Assembly: GCA_004764695.1 (NCBI GenBank)
Contig: SMSO01000031.1
Coordinates: forward strand, 6,058,761-6,122,760
Origin: Schizochytrium sp. TIO01
Lineage: Eukaryota; Protista; Bigyra: Labyrinthulomycetes
Direction: 5' to 3'
Length of the DNA stretch: 64,000 nucleotides
Shown here in pieces: positions 53,775 to 64,000 of this stretch. Made by a program: the position numbers and the translations under genes. The notes below the pieces were generated by a model. It ran no database searches. It was not told the origin of the DNA and was given only the letters and a program-made list of their open reading frames with translations. Positions within the stretch are counted from its first letter, which is position 1, and every line of letters begins with the position of its first letter.

Positions 53775-55468
53775 ATTTTTTCCCCTTTCTCGGCATGTTC
53801 TCACTATATTGCCGCCCTCAGGTTCTCTACGAACAGGAACGAAGTATCTGATGCCTAGGAGTAGTGAACCGTTGCATTGGAGCGCTTCAAGAAGCAGACA
53901 TGTTGTAGGCCTTGAATCCAACCATGTTACCGTTTGTAGCCCGGTATAACACAACTATCAAACTATCAAACTATCAAAATAAAGAACTAAGAATTACGAT
54001 TTGAACGTAAAAATGCATTCAGAATTTAATATGCGATTATCTCGATTTATGAAGGGTCAAGTACTGTGGGGAGCTGTCAGTTATGTTGACAAATTTAGTT
54101 GGGCCGGGGTTTACTATGATCAAAACGATATCGGCAATAGGTTTCCGCTGATGTCTTCTACTACTCTTCAATCAGCTTGGATTCTATTTTCGTTTTCTCG
54201 CGACCTAGGATATTCAAGAAGACCCAAGTCTGAGGTATCTTCACCAGAAGTGTCATTCAAAGCTCAGGGTTAAAGTACAAAGTGATCCTGACTCGAAGGA
54301 TGATAATAGCAATATGCTGCATATAAGTGAACGAGATCAACAGGGAAGCCTCTGTAAGCAAACAAATACGCAATGTTTAGACGCTATTGGGAAACATTGA
54401 AGCCTCGTTTCCTTCTCAATAAGAATTATTATGGCTGTTTTGAAAACATGATGTATAATTAAAAAAGACGCTTTCTGATTTTTAAGGACCCGAAGGATTG
54501 AAGCCCATACACCAAAACAGGAACACCATCAACGTCTTTCGTGACAACGCAGCCAATCGCAAGTTGGTCACAATAAACCCATTTTTTATATTTTTCAGAG
54601 AACACATCATATAGAACGATATTTATACATCCAGCATGAGTTCTTTAGAAGCACCATATCACAGCTGCATTTATGTACAAAGTCAATCTGAAGGATCGCG
54701 AGACATAGCCTCTAGGTAGTGAGAGTAATTTAGAGAAACAGTTTGCATTTCTTCAAAGGTCAGAATTCATCATCTTCAAGTCAACGCGAGTTTGCCCAGT
54801 CGCGGTGTGCACGCGCCGTTCTTCTGCCTCCGACATCCACAATCACTTACTTTCTCTCAACTGTTGAGCGATGGTGCCGTACTTTCCTTCCTTCACAGCA
54901 CGTGTAGGTACGATCTCCCGAGTCACAGATCGGCAAGAACTTGCTCACCCAGGGTCCTCCGTGAAGACCCCAAGCGGGCTCGACAGCAGAACACGGCCGC
55001 CCCCGCAACACAGTGCGATGGTTGCGTTGAACCGCCGTGGCACGACGCGTGGCCTCGCAAAGGCTGCAAGTAAACGGGGTTTCAAGAGTGGGCTTCGCCG
55101 TCATCATCACCATCATCGCGACCCTTTTCTGCGTGCAACCCTTTAAGAGTAATTGCATTCAGGTGTGATCGCTTACCGGACACAATGCAAACCTGTTTTA
55201 AAGAACGTTAAATTACCCTGGGCTTGGTATTGCGATGCCACAATATCTGTTCCCATTCGTCACAAAAAAGGATCATGAATTCTGAAGAACTGTAAGTAAG
55301 TACCGCTGCATCAAAGCAACCATATCCTGTTGGCTGTGTGTGCGACCTCGTCTTTGCTACCCTCGTGGAGCTCTCCTCTGTAATGTTCCCAGCTTTGGGC
55401 GGCTTCCTCTGCAGACATTTGGTTGTTGCCTCGTCCTGTCTGCAGTTTCGACCATCATGACGATCGTA

Positions 55469-55469
55469 A

Positions 55470-55553
<84 letters not shown>

Positions 55554-55555
55554 AA
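55469..55555 (+). repeat. (AAAG)n microsatellite, ~21 units
   Basis: Read directly. Confidence 0.95.
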
Positions 55556-56387
55556 AAGACTGAAGAGAAGTCCTACCCAGATGCTACTAAGAGTCAATAA
55601 GGTCTTCCTAGGCAGCGATTCAATTACTGATTAGAAACATGAATTAAATAATCCAAAGATTCTCTCATAAGAAGTTTGTTCATGGTTTTCAAGGCAGCGA
55701 GGCTTTAAGTCATCAAGTCTGAACCTTACGCAGTTGAAGGATGGCGGAGAAGGTCGTGTGTTTCACTTGCGGTCAGGTACACACGAGCGTGGGCGGACTT
55801 CGTTTTCTGCATCACATTTATCTCAAAACTTTGCGTACGCATTGATTGTATCTTTCAAGTTCTCTTTATTTATTTATTTATTTGATTTGTTTATTTGTTT
55901 GTTTGTTTATTTATCTATAAATAAATAATTAAAAGGCATTTTTTAATATTGGTTCTATACAAAGAGTAGGAAGAAAAAAAACAAAAACTTTGAAAAAGTG
56001 ACTAGTACCTACCTAACGGTGCATAAGACACAATGATGATGATAAGGAGAAGGATATAATAAGTTTGTGATTCTTTTCTCTTTCTTTTTTCTTTGTGAAT
56101 TCGAGTTTTGGCCGGCGCAGATCTTTAACTCTTCACGTCTTCAATCGAAGCGCTGCAGAGGGCGCGTTGCGAAGGCAGACCTGCAAGCACTGTGGTTCGT
56201 GGGATCTCCTGCGAGACCAACTCAAGCCTCGGCAACCCTAGTCGCCTAGGTCTGGGACCTTGCCGACTCATTGCGGTGAATTCTTCGATCCTCGAACTGG
56301 AAACTACGCACCTAATTAGTATATAGAGAGAGGGATCGAATAGACGTTTGGGATTCCTGCTCCAGTTGGATCTACGAGCGTGCCAAG

Positions 56388-57881
56388 ATGATGCTAAGGA
56401 CCCTGATTCGGGCATCTCAGGAGAGGTCTGCTGCAAACGGGCAGATACGAGCTTTGAGCGCGGCGATTGTGAATGATGCAAAGTTAGCGGATGTCGAGCG
56501 CAAGATTAAAGAGAGCAACATCGATACCATTGTGGTCGGTTTCACAGACCCGTACGGCCGGCTCATGGGCAAGCGATACAACAGCTCTGATTTTGTTGCA
56601 AACGTCATGCGAAGTGGAGCTCACTCGTGCAAGTATCTTTTTTGTGTTGATGTACCCATGAACCCTCTACCAGGGTTCAAGTATGCCAACTGGGAGGCTG
56701 GATTCGGCGACTGTCACTTGGTTCCGGATCTTGACTCCCTTACCCCATGCGCATGGAACCCAGGAACAGCAATCGTGCAGTGCGACGTTTACGACGTAGA
56801 CTCTCATGAGTTGGTTCCTATCGCCCCACGCTCGATTCTTCGAAACCAGCTCCGACGCTTAGAAAATCTGAACTACAATGAAGACAAGCAGGAGTCACAG
56901 CAAATCAGTGTGATCAATGCAGCCTCGGAGCTTGAACACTATCTCTTCGATGACACTTATCGCGAGGCGCACGATAAGGGCTATAGTAACTTAAAGCCTG
57001 CTGGCTACTACAGTGAGGACTACCACATTCTTCAAGGATTTCGAACAGAACCCTTTCATCGCGAAGTGCGCTTACAACTTGAAAAGTCAGGAGTTCCCGT
57101 CGAGAACTCAAAAGGCGAGACTGGAATCGGCCAGCACGAAGTGAATGTGCGCTATGATGAGATGCTTCGCATGGCAGATCGGCACATGATTTTCAAACAA
57201 GCTATGAAGGAAATTGCCGAGCAGCAAGGCCGCAGTGTAACATTTATGGCCAAGCCATTTGCTGATGATGCTGGGAGTTCCTGTCATATTCACTGTTCAA
57301 TCTTCAACAACGTTGGAAAGAACCTGTTCAAGGGAACTGAAACCCTGGATTCTATCAAGGGATGTAGCCCCCTTTTTAAGAGTTTCCTTGCTGGATGGAT
57401 TCAGCATACGCCTGAGCTCTTTGCCTTTTATGCCCCAACCATCAACAGTTACAAGCGCTTCCGTGCGGGTTCGTGGGCTCCTACTGCAACTGCTTGGGGA
57501 AAGGACAACCGGACAGCTGGGTTTCGTGTGGTAGGAAGCGGTCAGGCCCTTCGTATTGAGTGTCGTTTACCTGGTGCTGACGTAAATCCGTATTTGGCAT
57601 TTGCAGCAGCTATCGCATCTGGTCTTGATGGCGTTGAGCGCGGTCTTCAACCACCTCCTATTCTTGAGGGCGATGGTTATAAAGCAGCCGCTGCACAAAC
57701 TCAACCGGTGCCCATCAGTCTTGGAGATGCCTCTCAGGCGCTTAGAGCAAGCGACTTTGTTCGAGAGGTTTTTGGAGAGGAGGTGCAAGAACACTATGCT
57801 CACTTCTACCACCTTGAACAACAAGCGTTTGACTTAGCTGTCACCGATTGGGAGCGTAAGCGCTATTTCGAGCAAATTTAG
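56388..57881 (+). CDS. Glutamine synthetase-like gamma-glutamyl-amine ligase (bacterial GlnA4/PuuA type), probable mitochondrial presequence
   Basis: IDTIVVGFTDPYGRLMGKR, WEAGFGD, ASELEHYLF, SKGETGIGQHEV, TFMAKP..GSSCHIHCS, INSYKRF, WGKDNRT, RIECRLPGADVNPYL and VTDWERKRYFE. Confidence 0.88.
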   Translation: MMLRTLIRASQERSAANGQIRALSAAIVNDAKLADVERKIKESNIDTIVVGFTDPYGRLMGKRYNSSDFVANVMRSGAHSCKYLFCVDVPMNPLPGFKYANWEAGFGDCHLVPDLDSLTPCAWNPGTAIVQCDVYDVDSHELVPIAPRSILRNQLRRLENLNYNEDKQESQQISVINAASELEHYLFDDTYREAHDKGYSNLKPAGYYSEDYHILQGFRTEPFHREVRLQLEKSGVPVENSKGETGIGQHEVNVRYDEMLRMADRHMIFKQAMKEIAEQQGRSVTFMAKPFADDAGSSCHIHCSIFNNVGKNLFKGTETLDSIKGCSPLFKSFLAGWIQHTPELFAFYAPTINSYKRFRAGSWAPTATAWGKDNRTAGFRVVGSGQALRIECRLPGADVNPYLAFAAAIASGLDGVERGLQPPPILEGDGYKAAAAQTQPVPISLGDASQALRASDFVREVFGEEVQEHYAHFYHLEQQAFDLAVTDWERKRYFEQI

Positions 57882-58473
57882 GCTGTTAGATTGCCATTAC
57901 AAAATGCTAGCAAGCTTGTCTTCGAAAGTGAAGGAATAGGTAGTACTTTATTGCAAGATTTCTCTCTACCGATGAATACAAGTGTGTAGTTATCTAAACG
58001 TCTGTAAAGGAGACATAACTGCTAATGTATCTAAACTTGTTCTTTTTATCTTCTGTTTTTAATTGCTTGCCGGATTGTTGCTTAGGGCTGTAAATCGTAT
58101 GTCTTGCTGCACAATGTAGGATGAATCTTTACTCATGTTGCAAATCTGGCTCGTTGAAAACGCAAGGACCAGGTCTATTTTAGGTCATCATAAAACCCTG
58201 CGAGTTTCCGAGGAGATCTTTTGAGCACTTGTGATCTGCAAAGGCTTTGAGAATTTACCAGAGTTTCTATATTGCTTGGGAGGTGAACCGTCCGTGGATT
58301 CTACAGAAGATGAATGATAACTTTCTAAGCACACAGTTTATTGAACACATGGGTACAAGAAAAGGCCATATACCTAATGCCTTTTCTGTCTCAATGTATC
58401 AACAATTGCCGCCATCAAATGATATCTGCATATAGAATATATGTATGTGCAGTTCTCATGTGATGAAGTGGTC

Positions 58474-60459
58474 TTATGCAGTGCGTGTTGCGTTATCTTT
58501 TGATCCCTTTTGAGGTGTGGAAGCATCTGTAATCTCTGATGCGTTCGAGTTCGGTGAAGGTTGTGTATTCGAACGCCCATGCCCAGGCAGTGGAACATTC
58601 CCAGTTGACTCCTGGTACGCTGCTGGAAGTGAGGCTTTGTGAACTTGGTTCAGGCATGATGCTCGCTGCTCTTTGAGCTGCTCTAGATCTGCCTGAAGCT
58701 CGACAATGCGTTGGAAGACACGGGTTCGCTCTTTGCCAGATTTGAACCAAAGAGTGTATTTTTCCACAACTGGAACACCACCAGTCCCTGAAGTGTGCGT
58801 CTGAGATGTCACTGCGGCAGACGAAGAGCGCTTATGGATATTACTGGTAGTAGAGTTGTTGACACTGCTACTATGAGAAGGAGACCTTGGTGGCATTGTG
58901 AGGGGTGCGACTCTCTCGGTCGTACCTACCGAAGTACCACCATCTTGACCTGTTGGATCCAAAGAGCGGGCTGAAGATGAGGAGAATGAATCACTCGAAC
59001 GTATCGAAGAAATTGAAGTTCGGTCATGGCCAGATGGAGCCCCAGCGTTATTTGCAGTGGATGCAGGGGCACTAGCCCGTCCCGGGGAATTGTTTATAGT
59101 ACTCGAATTACTGCTGCTAGCCTTGTTGTTCTTCAACTTCTTCTCGGGTTTCTCTTTCTCATTTGAAATGATTCGAATCCTGACTATGTCGAGCGGAAGC
59201 CGCTTTTGGGCAGCGCTAAAGCTCTCGTGCTCTGTAGATTCGCTAGTATGAGCTCCATCAAGACCTTCCGGCCCTCCATTTCCATTAGAATGAGATGGTG
59301 GAATTGTAATCAAGATGTTCTCTAGCTCCAACCAGAATCGAAATTCAAGTTTTTCGTTTCCAATTGATTTCGCGATAAGCAGTGCATCTGTAAAGAGGAA
59401 GAATTCACGGGGCTTCTTCTTATGGGGTGCGTGTCGCATTTCTTTCGTTGGCTTTGCACCTGGGGCCTGGAAAGAATAATGAAGCTTACACTGGAAGTCT
59501 AACTCAAATCGACGACCAGGAGCAACAACTTCTAGGGACGGGTCATACTTGTCAAGACCTTCTAGCTGATTTGCAATTTCAAAGCTTCTCATAGCATTTG
59601 CTGCTTCTCGTCCAGTCTGGTTGACCTGATCGGCAATACGCGCAACAGCTTGTGCAGCCGCTTTGAGCTTCACATGCATAGGGTGACTTTCATCAGTACA
59701 TTCTAAAAGGCCTCGGAAAAACAATGGGTACTTGCAAATACGTTGCACTGGTTTGATAAGAAAATCGCCCAAGTCGAGCCCCTTGAGATCCTCCGAGCGG
59801 CATGCAACCTCAAGAAATTTGCGAAACATGGGATTCTGGATGCGGCACTCCTCCATGACATCAATACTTTTTTCATAGTTGTTGGCATAGACTGAATAGA
59901 AAGCTTTAAAGACAGGAAGCATATTTGTGAATGCCTCTGCAAATGCGGTTGCAAGATCATTATCGTCTTTTTTCTCAGCCCTTTGATCTCCTTCAGCATC
60001 AGCAATACCCAAATTGTTTTCAATGATTCGCAAAAGTTCAAGGTTTACCTCAAAGAGCTGTGCAATATTGCCGAAAATGTCAGCCATTTCTTTTTTGTTA
60101 ATGAAAACTGGGGCGGGGTAGTTCTCAAGGGCGACTTGCAACGGAAGCATGAAGCGTGAGACTACAAGGTGCAGAGAGTCCACATACTCGCGCTCCGTCT
60201 TGAGCATCTCCATGAAAAGTGGGCGCTGTTTCGAATAGCTGCGCCTCATTCGATTGAAAGATGACATTTTCATGCTAGCTTTACTTTGACTCATTTCTCG
60301 TCGAGCCTTAAGTTCAAGGAGCTTTTTCTGGCGAAGCTGGCGCCCGAGTTCGCAAGCACCAAAGGCAGCATGATTCATGCCTACCCTCTGCTGCGCTGGA
60401 TTCCCCGGTACTGCAGCCGCAGTAGCACCAGTGCCAGTCACAGGCATTGCTGTAGCCAT
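58474..60459 (-). CDS. Rho guanine nucleotide exchange factor (DH + PH)
   Basis: DH motifs EMLKTEREYVDSL, IFGNIAQL and FLIKPVQRICKYPL. PH-like REFFLFTDALLIAK and YTLWFKSGKERTRVFQRI. Confidence 0.9.
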   Translation of the reverse strand: MATAMPVTGTGATAAAVPGNPAQQRVGMNHAAFGACELGRQLRQKKLLELKARREMSQSKASMKMSSFNRMRRSYSKQRPLFMEMLKTEREYVDSLHLVVSRFMLPLQVALENYPAPVFINKKEMADIFGNIAQLFEVNLELLRIIENNLGIADAEGDQRAEKKDDNDLATAFAEAFTNMLPVFKAFYSVYANNYEKSIDVMEECRIQNPMFRKFLEVACRSEDLKGLDLGDFLIKPVQRICKYPLFFRGLLECTDESHPMHVKLKAAAQAVARIADQVNQTGREAANAMRSFEIANQLEGLDKYDPSLEVVAPGRRFELDFQCKLHYSFQAPGAKPTKEMRHAPHKKKPREFFLFTDALLIAKSIGNEKLEFRFWLELENILITIPPSHSNGNGGPEGLDGAHTSESTEHESFSAAQKRLPLDIVRIRIISNEKEKPEKKLKNNKASSSNSSTINNSPGRASAPASTANNAGAPSGHDRTSISSIRSSDSFSSSSARSLDPTGQDGGTSVGTTERVAPLTMPPRSPSHSSSVNNSTTSNIHKRSSSAAVTSQTHTSGTGGVPVVEKYTLWFKSGKERTRVFQRIVELQADLEQLKEQRASCLNQVHKASLPAAYQESTGNVPLPGHGRSNTQPSPNSNASEITDASTPQKGSKDNATRTA

Positions 60460-62574
60460 ATTTGCGTTTGCTTATCGCTTGCCAGAAGGAGTTTGAACTT
60501 TTCCTTTCTAAAGCAATACGAAATAGTCAATTTAGATGATAATCGTCACGGAACCTTCAAAGTTTACACAGCAGCGCCTTCAAATAAAAACAAGTTCACT
60601 GCAAGGAAGTCAGTCACCGTAGAGCTTTGACCGTATCCTTGCACGCCTAAACTACACCGAATGGCTAGTCGTATATATTTAATCTTGCTAGTCACGCCCA
60701 GATTGATACACAGTCTAAAACGAAGCAGTAAACCAACACCCACGTGATGTGAGCTTCTGAACGGTCGGCAAAAATACAAGAAGGGAGAAACTCAGCCTAG
60801 AGTTTGGGGTTTCCTGCAAAGTCCTTTTCTTCACAAACGGCTTTGCAGAATTTTGCACTAGCAATCTAATTTGTTCGTATATTCACAATTAGCCAAATGA
60901 TCAAGCTGTAGAGAGTTTGTTTTGTTTATTATGCGAGTCCCTTTGTCACACGTACGGGCGGTGCTAGTTGCCTAGCTTTGACACTCTCCTTTCTACAAGT
61001 TCGGCCTGCTCCGCAAATCAGGCCTGCAAGCAAGCAGGTTTGCGCCAGGAACCAAACCTCCGCTTTCTATGTTGATCTTTTGTGTTTGCTGCGCAGCCCG
61101 CGGGCGCACCAAGTCTTGGGACACTGCAAAGTCACGGTAGCTCTTAATAACGTAAATGGCTGCCTTTGTCACGCCATGGCTAACGCAAGCGAGTTGTTGC
61201 AGGTGGTGCAACTATGACAGTGCTAGTTACATACTGCTCATGATAGAAAGAATGAGTCCCACTCCGGTCGGTCAGTTTTGTACTCTTGTCCCAAATAACC
61301 GGATGAATAATAAAAGGTGTGTACTCAACACTAACAATTGAAATTAGTAGGACTGTTACAGCTACCATGGCGAGAATAGGTCTGCCTTTTTGCCTTTGAT
61401 GTCTTAAGGTGGTGATGAAAGCACAAGCTAAATTCAACCTTGCTAGAAAAGCAAAGCATGCACGCATTGATAGCTTCGCCGTTATAGTCATGGTGACGCA
61501 ATTGCCGAGAAAACGAAGTAGCAAAGTCTATTAATTGAGGAAGAATTCGATTATTGCATTTGTAAGAAAAAGCGAAGTCACTTATGTTGAGATGGGTAAA
61601 CGACATGAATGGCGAACTTGGAGGCGGCTGCTGGTGAAGCACCTTACTCCATGGGTAATGAGTCCATGGACAGTGACTCCACACGTAGTGACTACTATGC
61701 GAAGCTCCAACCCATTGATACAACTTGAATTCTCTCTGGCTTGGATGATGAGCAGCTTTTCCAGAAGATGAGAGAGCTGACATTTTCAAGGTGATGTGTG
61801 CAACTGATTTTTGGCAAATGCTGCTTTCAACTTGAAGATGTAGATGTTACCTTTTAACCATCGCAAAGTATCTCTAGTCAGACTCATAAAATTGTTAGCC
61901 CTCCCATGGGCAGCTTGGAAATATCTAGCAAATAATTCGAAGCAAGCAAAGCATGAAATGGGAGCTGTGGCATGTAACAATATCTAACCAAAATTGTGCT
62001 TTGGCTAGACTTTCATCAGACAAAAGAAGATGGATCCATGATCACATTGTCATTACAACGTGGAGGCGGTCCTTTCCTTTAAAAAGAAAAGTACCATTGC
62101 CATTGAGGAGTTTATTTGGGAAAGAGTGTTAAACTTAGCAGAATATATAAAAAAAATAACAAAAACTCTTCACTCTCTTATCTCTTTGTTTTTCAATTGT
62201 ATAAAGAAGAATTTCAACTGTTTCCTTGAAAGAGAGATTTGAACCAGAGAGTCTGCACTAGGGCCTTCAAGTTCCGGGAAGCAGGAATTTGGACACTACA
62301 ATGATATAAGTATGACATCAATTCATTCTTTAATATACATGACTCTAAATACGATTGCACGCCCAAGGGAAAAAGAGAATTCTTGAATAAGAATTCAACT
62401 TCTGTTTTTCACTCTTTGCCAAAATCTAGTTTGTTGTGACGTCTGGTGGCCATATAATTCCAATGTTAACCTTTACCAAACAAACTAGCAAAGTTAATAT
62501 GTCTCAGTTTCACTCTTAGCGAAAGTCCTTACAACAAAGGTAAAAATCACACGAAATAAGACCTAATGAACTCA

Positions 62575-64000
62575 TTATTCAAGTGCTGAAGCGATGTTTC
62601 CGTAGAACTTTTGTAGGCTTGGATTCTTTAAGGAGGTCCGCATCTTCTCGTCGTCGCCGTCTATGTTATTTTTACCAGTACGCTGTCTAGGAACTGAGCT
62701 CTTGTTCCCTGGTTTACCACCTGAAACATATGAATGCTGAGTAGTAAGTCGTTGCAGAGTGTATTGGTGAGTTCGTTCAAAATAATTAATCCATCGATTT
62801 GCATAACTTAAGGAAAGTCGTGCGAGGCGACGGGCATTCTGTGATGAGACACAGGCTTCTGCAGGTCGACGCAATAATAACTGTTCAACAGCAATATTGT
62901 GGTAGCACACAGCTACCATACATATTTTTTGTGCACTCGTGCCGCCAACTTGCAAGCGTTCGTCATCCACCATATCGAGAATTTGGGCTAAGCATTTGAT
63001 AGACTCTTCATGCTTGCTCATCAACGATAAAATTGCACCACAGTGCAAATGGCATTTGGCAACATGCTCCCATTGTTGCAAGCGGTGATGAGCACGCATA
63101 GCCTTCTGTACGTAAAGGGATGCTGCATTTGTCTTCTTCCGTTTGTAATAGTAGTATCCCAGGCCATCCATTGTGAACGCTCGCAGTTGGATTCGAATTG
63201 CACCAACAAATGCTGTGCCACCATCCAATGCAGAAGTGCTATCTAGAAGCTCTTCTGCTTGTTTGAACACCTGAAGTGCACCTCCAAAACGCCCAAGATC
63301 AGAAAGCTTAGATCCAAATATATTGCAGCATGCAACAAGTTGCCTCCACATCATACGCTCAACGAGACCTCCCCCATGCTCATCGTCATCCTGAAGAAGG
63401 CTAGGGTCCAAAGTAGCGTAATCAATCATATAGGCATCTTGAGTGCCTTGCATCTCCGAAAATTCTGAAGGTTGATTTATTGAAGGCTTTAGATCGCAAG
63501 TATGCAAATCTGCAGGCTCCTTTTCTTTTTGTGATGTGTCACTTAAAGCTAGCTGTTGTGTTGCTTCGCGTCGTCGTTGAGCACGTTCATGAACTGCTTC
63601 TCGTGTGAACTCTCGAAGTGCATCTAGAGCTCGATCGATATAATCCTCATATTTCGCTTTTTTCTCAAGCTCTCGAAGTTCACGGCATAAACGGTGTGTG
63701 CAACGGCTTGGATCAATGTTGCTAAGTCTGTGAACATCCATGCGAAGGCTGCGATTAGATATTGCGCACCAAACAGCCCTAAGACGCCCCGACCCGTAAA
63801 ACCAAATTGGTTTAGGTTGTTTGAGTTCTTTGGCCGCCACGCTTGATGTAGCACGACTTGGAGAACTTCGCTGACGAGGAGCTGACGAAAGGCTTGGAAG
63901 AGATACATTAGAGGAGAGGTGATTGTTCTTAGGGGTTGAAAGGTTCGAAGCGAAAAATTGCCGATTTCCACCTCGGGTTTTCTTGGAGGATGGTGTTCCT
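62575..64000 (-). CDS. TPR-like helical repeat protein, 5'-truncated by window edge
   Basis: The frame stays open from 63840 to the window end. TPR-like helices AFTMDGLGYYYYKR, AKCHLHCGAILSLM and AVCYHNIAVEQL. Confidence 0.7.
   Translation of the reverse strand, partial: GTPSSKKTRGGNRQFFASNLSTPKNNHLSSNVSLPSLSSAPRQRSSPSRATSSVAAKELKQPKPIWFYGSGRLRAVWCAISNRSLRMDVHRLSNIDPSRCTHRLCRELRELEKKAKYEDYIDRALDALREFTREAVHERAQRRREATQQLALSDTSQKEKEPADLHTCDLKPSINQPSEFSEMQGTQDAYMIDYATLDPSLLQDDDEHGGGLVERMMWRQLVACCNIFGSKLSDLGRFGGALQVFKQAEELLDSTSALDGGTAFVGAIRIQLRAFTMDGLGYYYYKRKKTNAASLYVQKAMRAHHRLQQWEHVAKCHLHCGAILSLMSKHEESIKCLAQILDMVDDERLQVGGTSAQKICMVAVCYHNIAVEQLLLRRPAEACVSSQNARRLARLSLSYANRWINYFERTHQYTLQRLTTQHSYVSGGKPGNKSSVPRQRTGKNNIDGDDEKMRTSLKNPSLQKFYGNIASALE

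Noticed and set aside
61609-62082. Protein-like plus-strand frame (MANLEAAAGEAP...GLDDEQLFQKMRE) as a pseudogene
   Set aside because: Six internal stops in 157 codons is close to random expectation, and no family is recognisable.

Overview
Eukaryotic, intron-poor genomic DNA. It is probably a stramenopile protist of the thraustochytrid/labyrinthulomycete type; this is inferred from the gene set, long single-exon genes, one clear GT-AG intron, AT-rich intergenic tracts and GATA/AAAG microsatellites. The left 21.5 kb carries MMS19 (5'-truncated), a ferlin, a two-exon calcineurin-B-like EF-hand protein, FIGNL1, a 2OG-Fe(II) dioxygenase, a bacterial-type NPPW methyltransferase and a secreted subtilisin. 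The right 8 kb carries a GlnA4/PuuA-type glutamine-synthetase-like ligase, a DH-PH RhoGEF and a TPR-like protein (5'-truncated). The centre (29.2-53.8 kb) is an array of three giant intronless paralogues (2413, ~2511 and 1916 aa). Each combines a circularly permuted SF2 helicase with intact-looking motifs (DECH, SAT, QxxGRxxR, then a displaced GKT Walker A) and a C-terminal GREB1/base-J-glucosyltransferase (TAGT)-type glycosyltransferase. The copies are patchwork mosaics: near-identical blocks alternate with hypervariable cassettes, and copies A and C share a gap-free ~1.5-kb inverted repeat. This array is the main candidate for an undescribed system, possibly a diversifying ATP-driven nucleic-acid glycosylation system.
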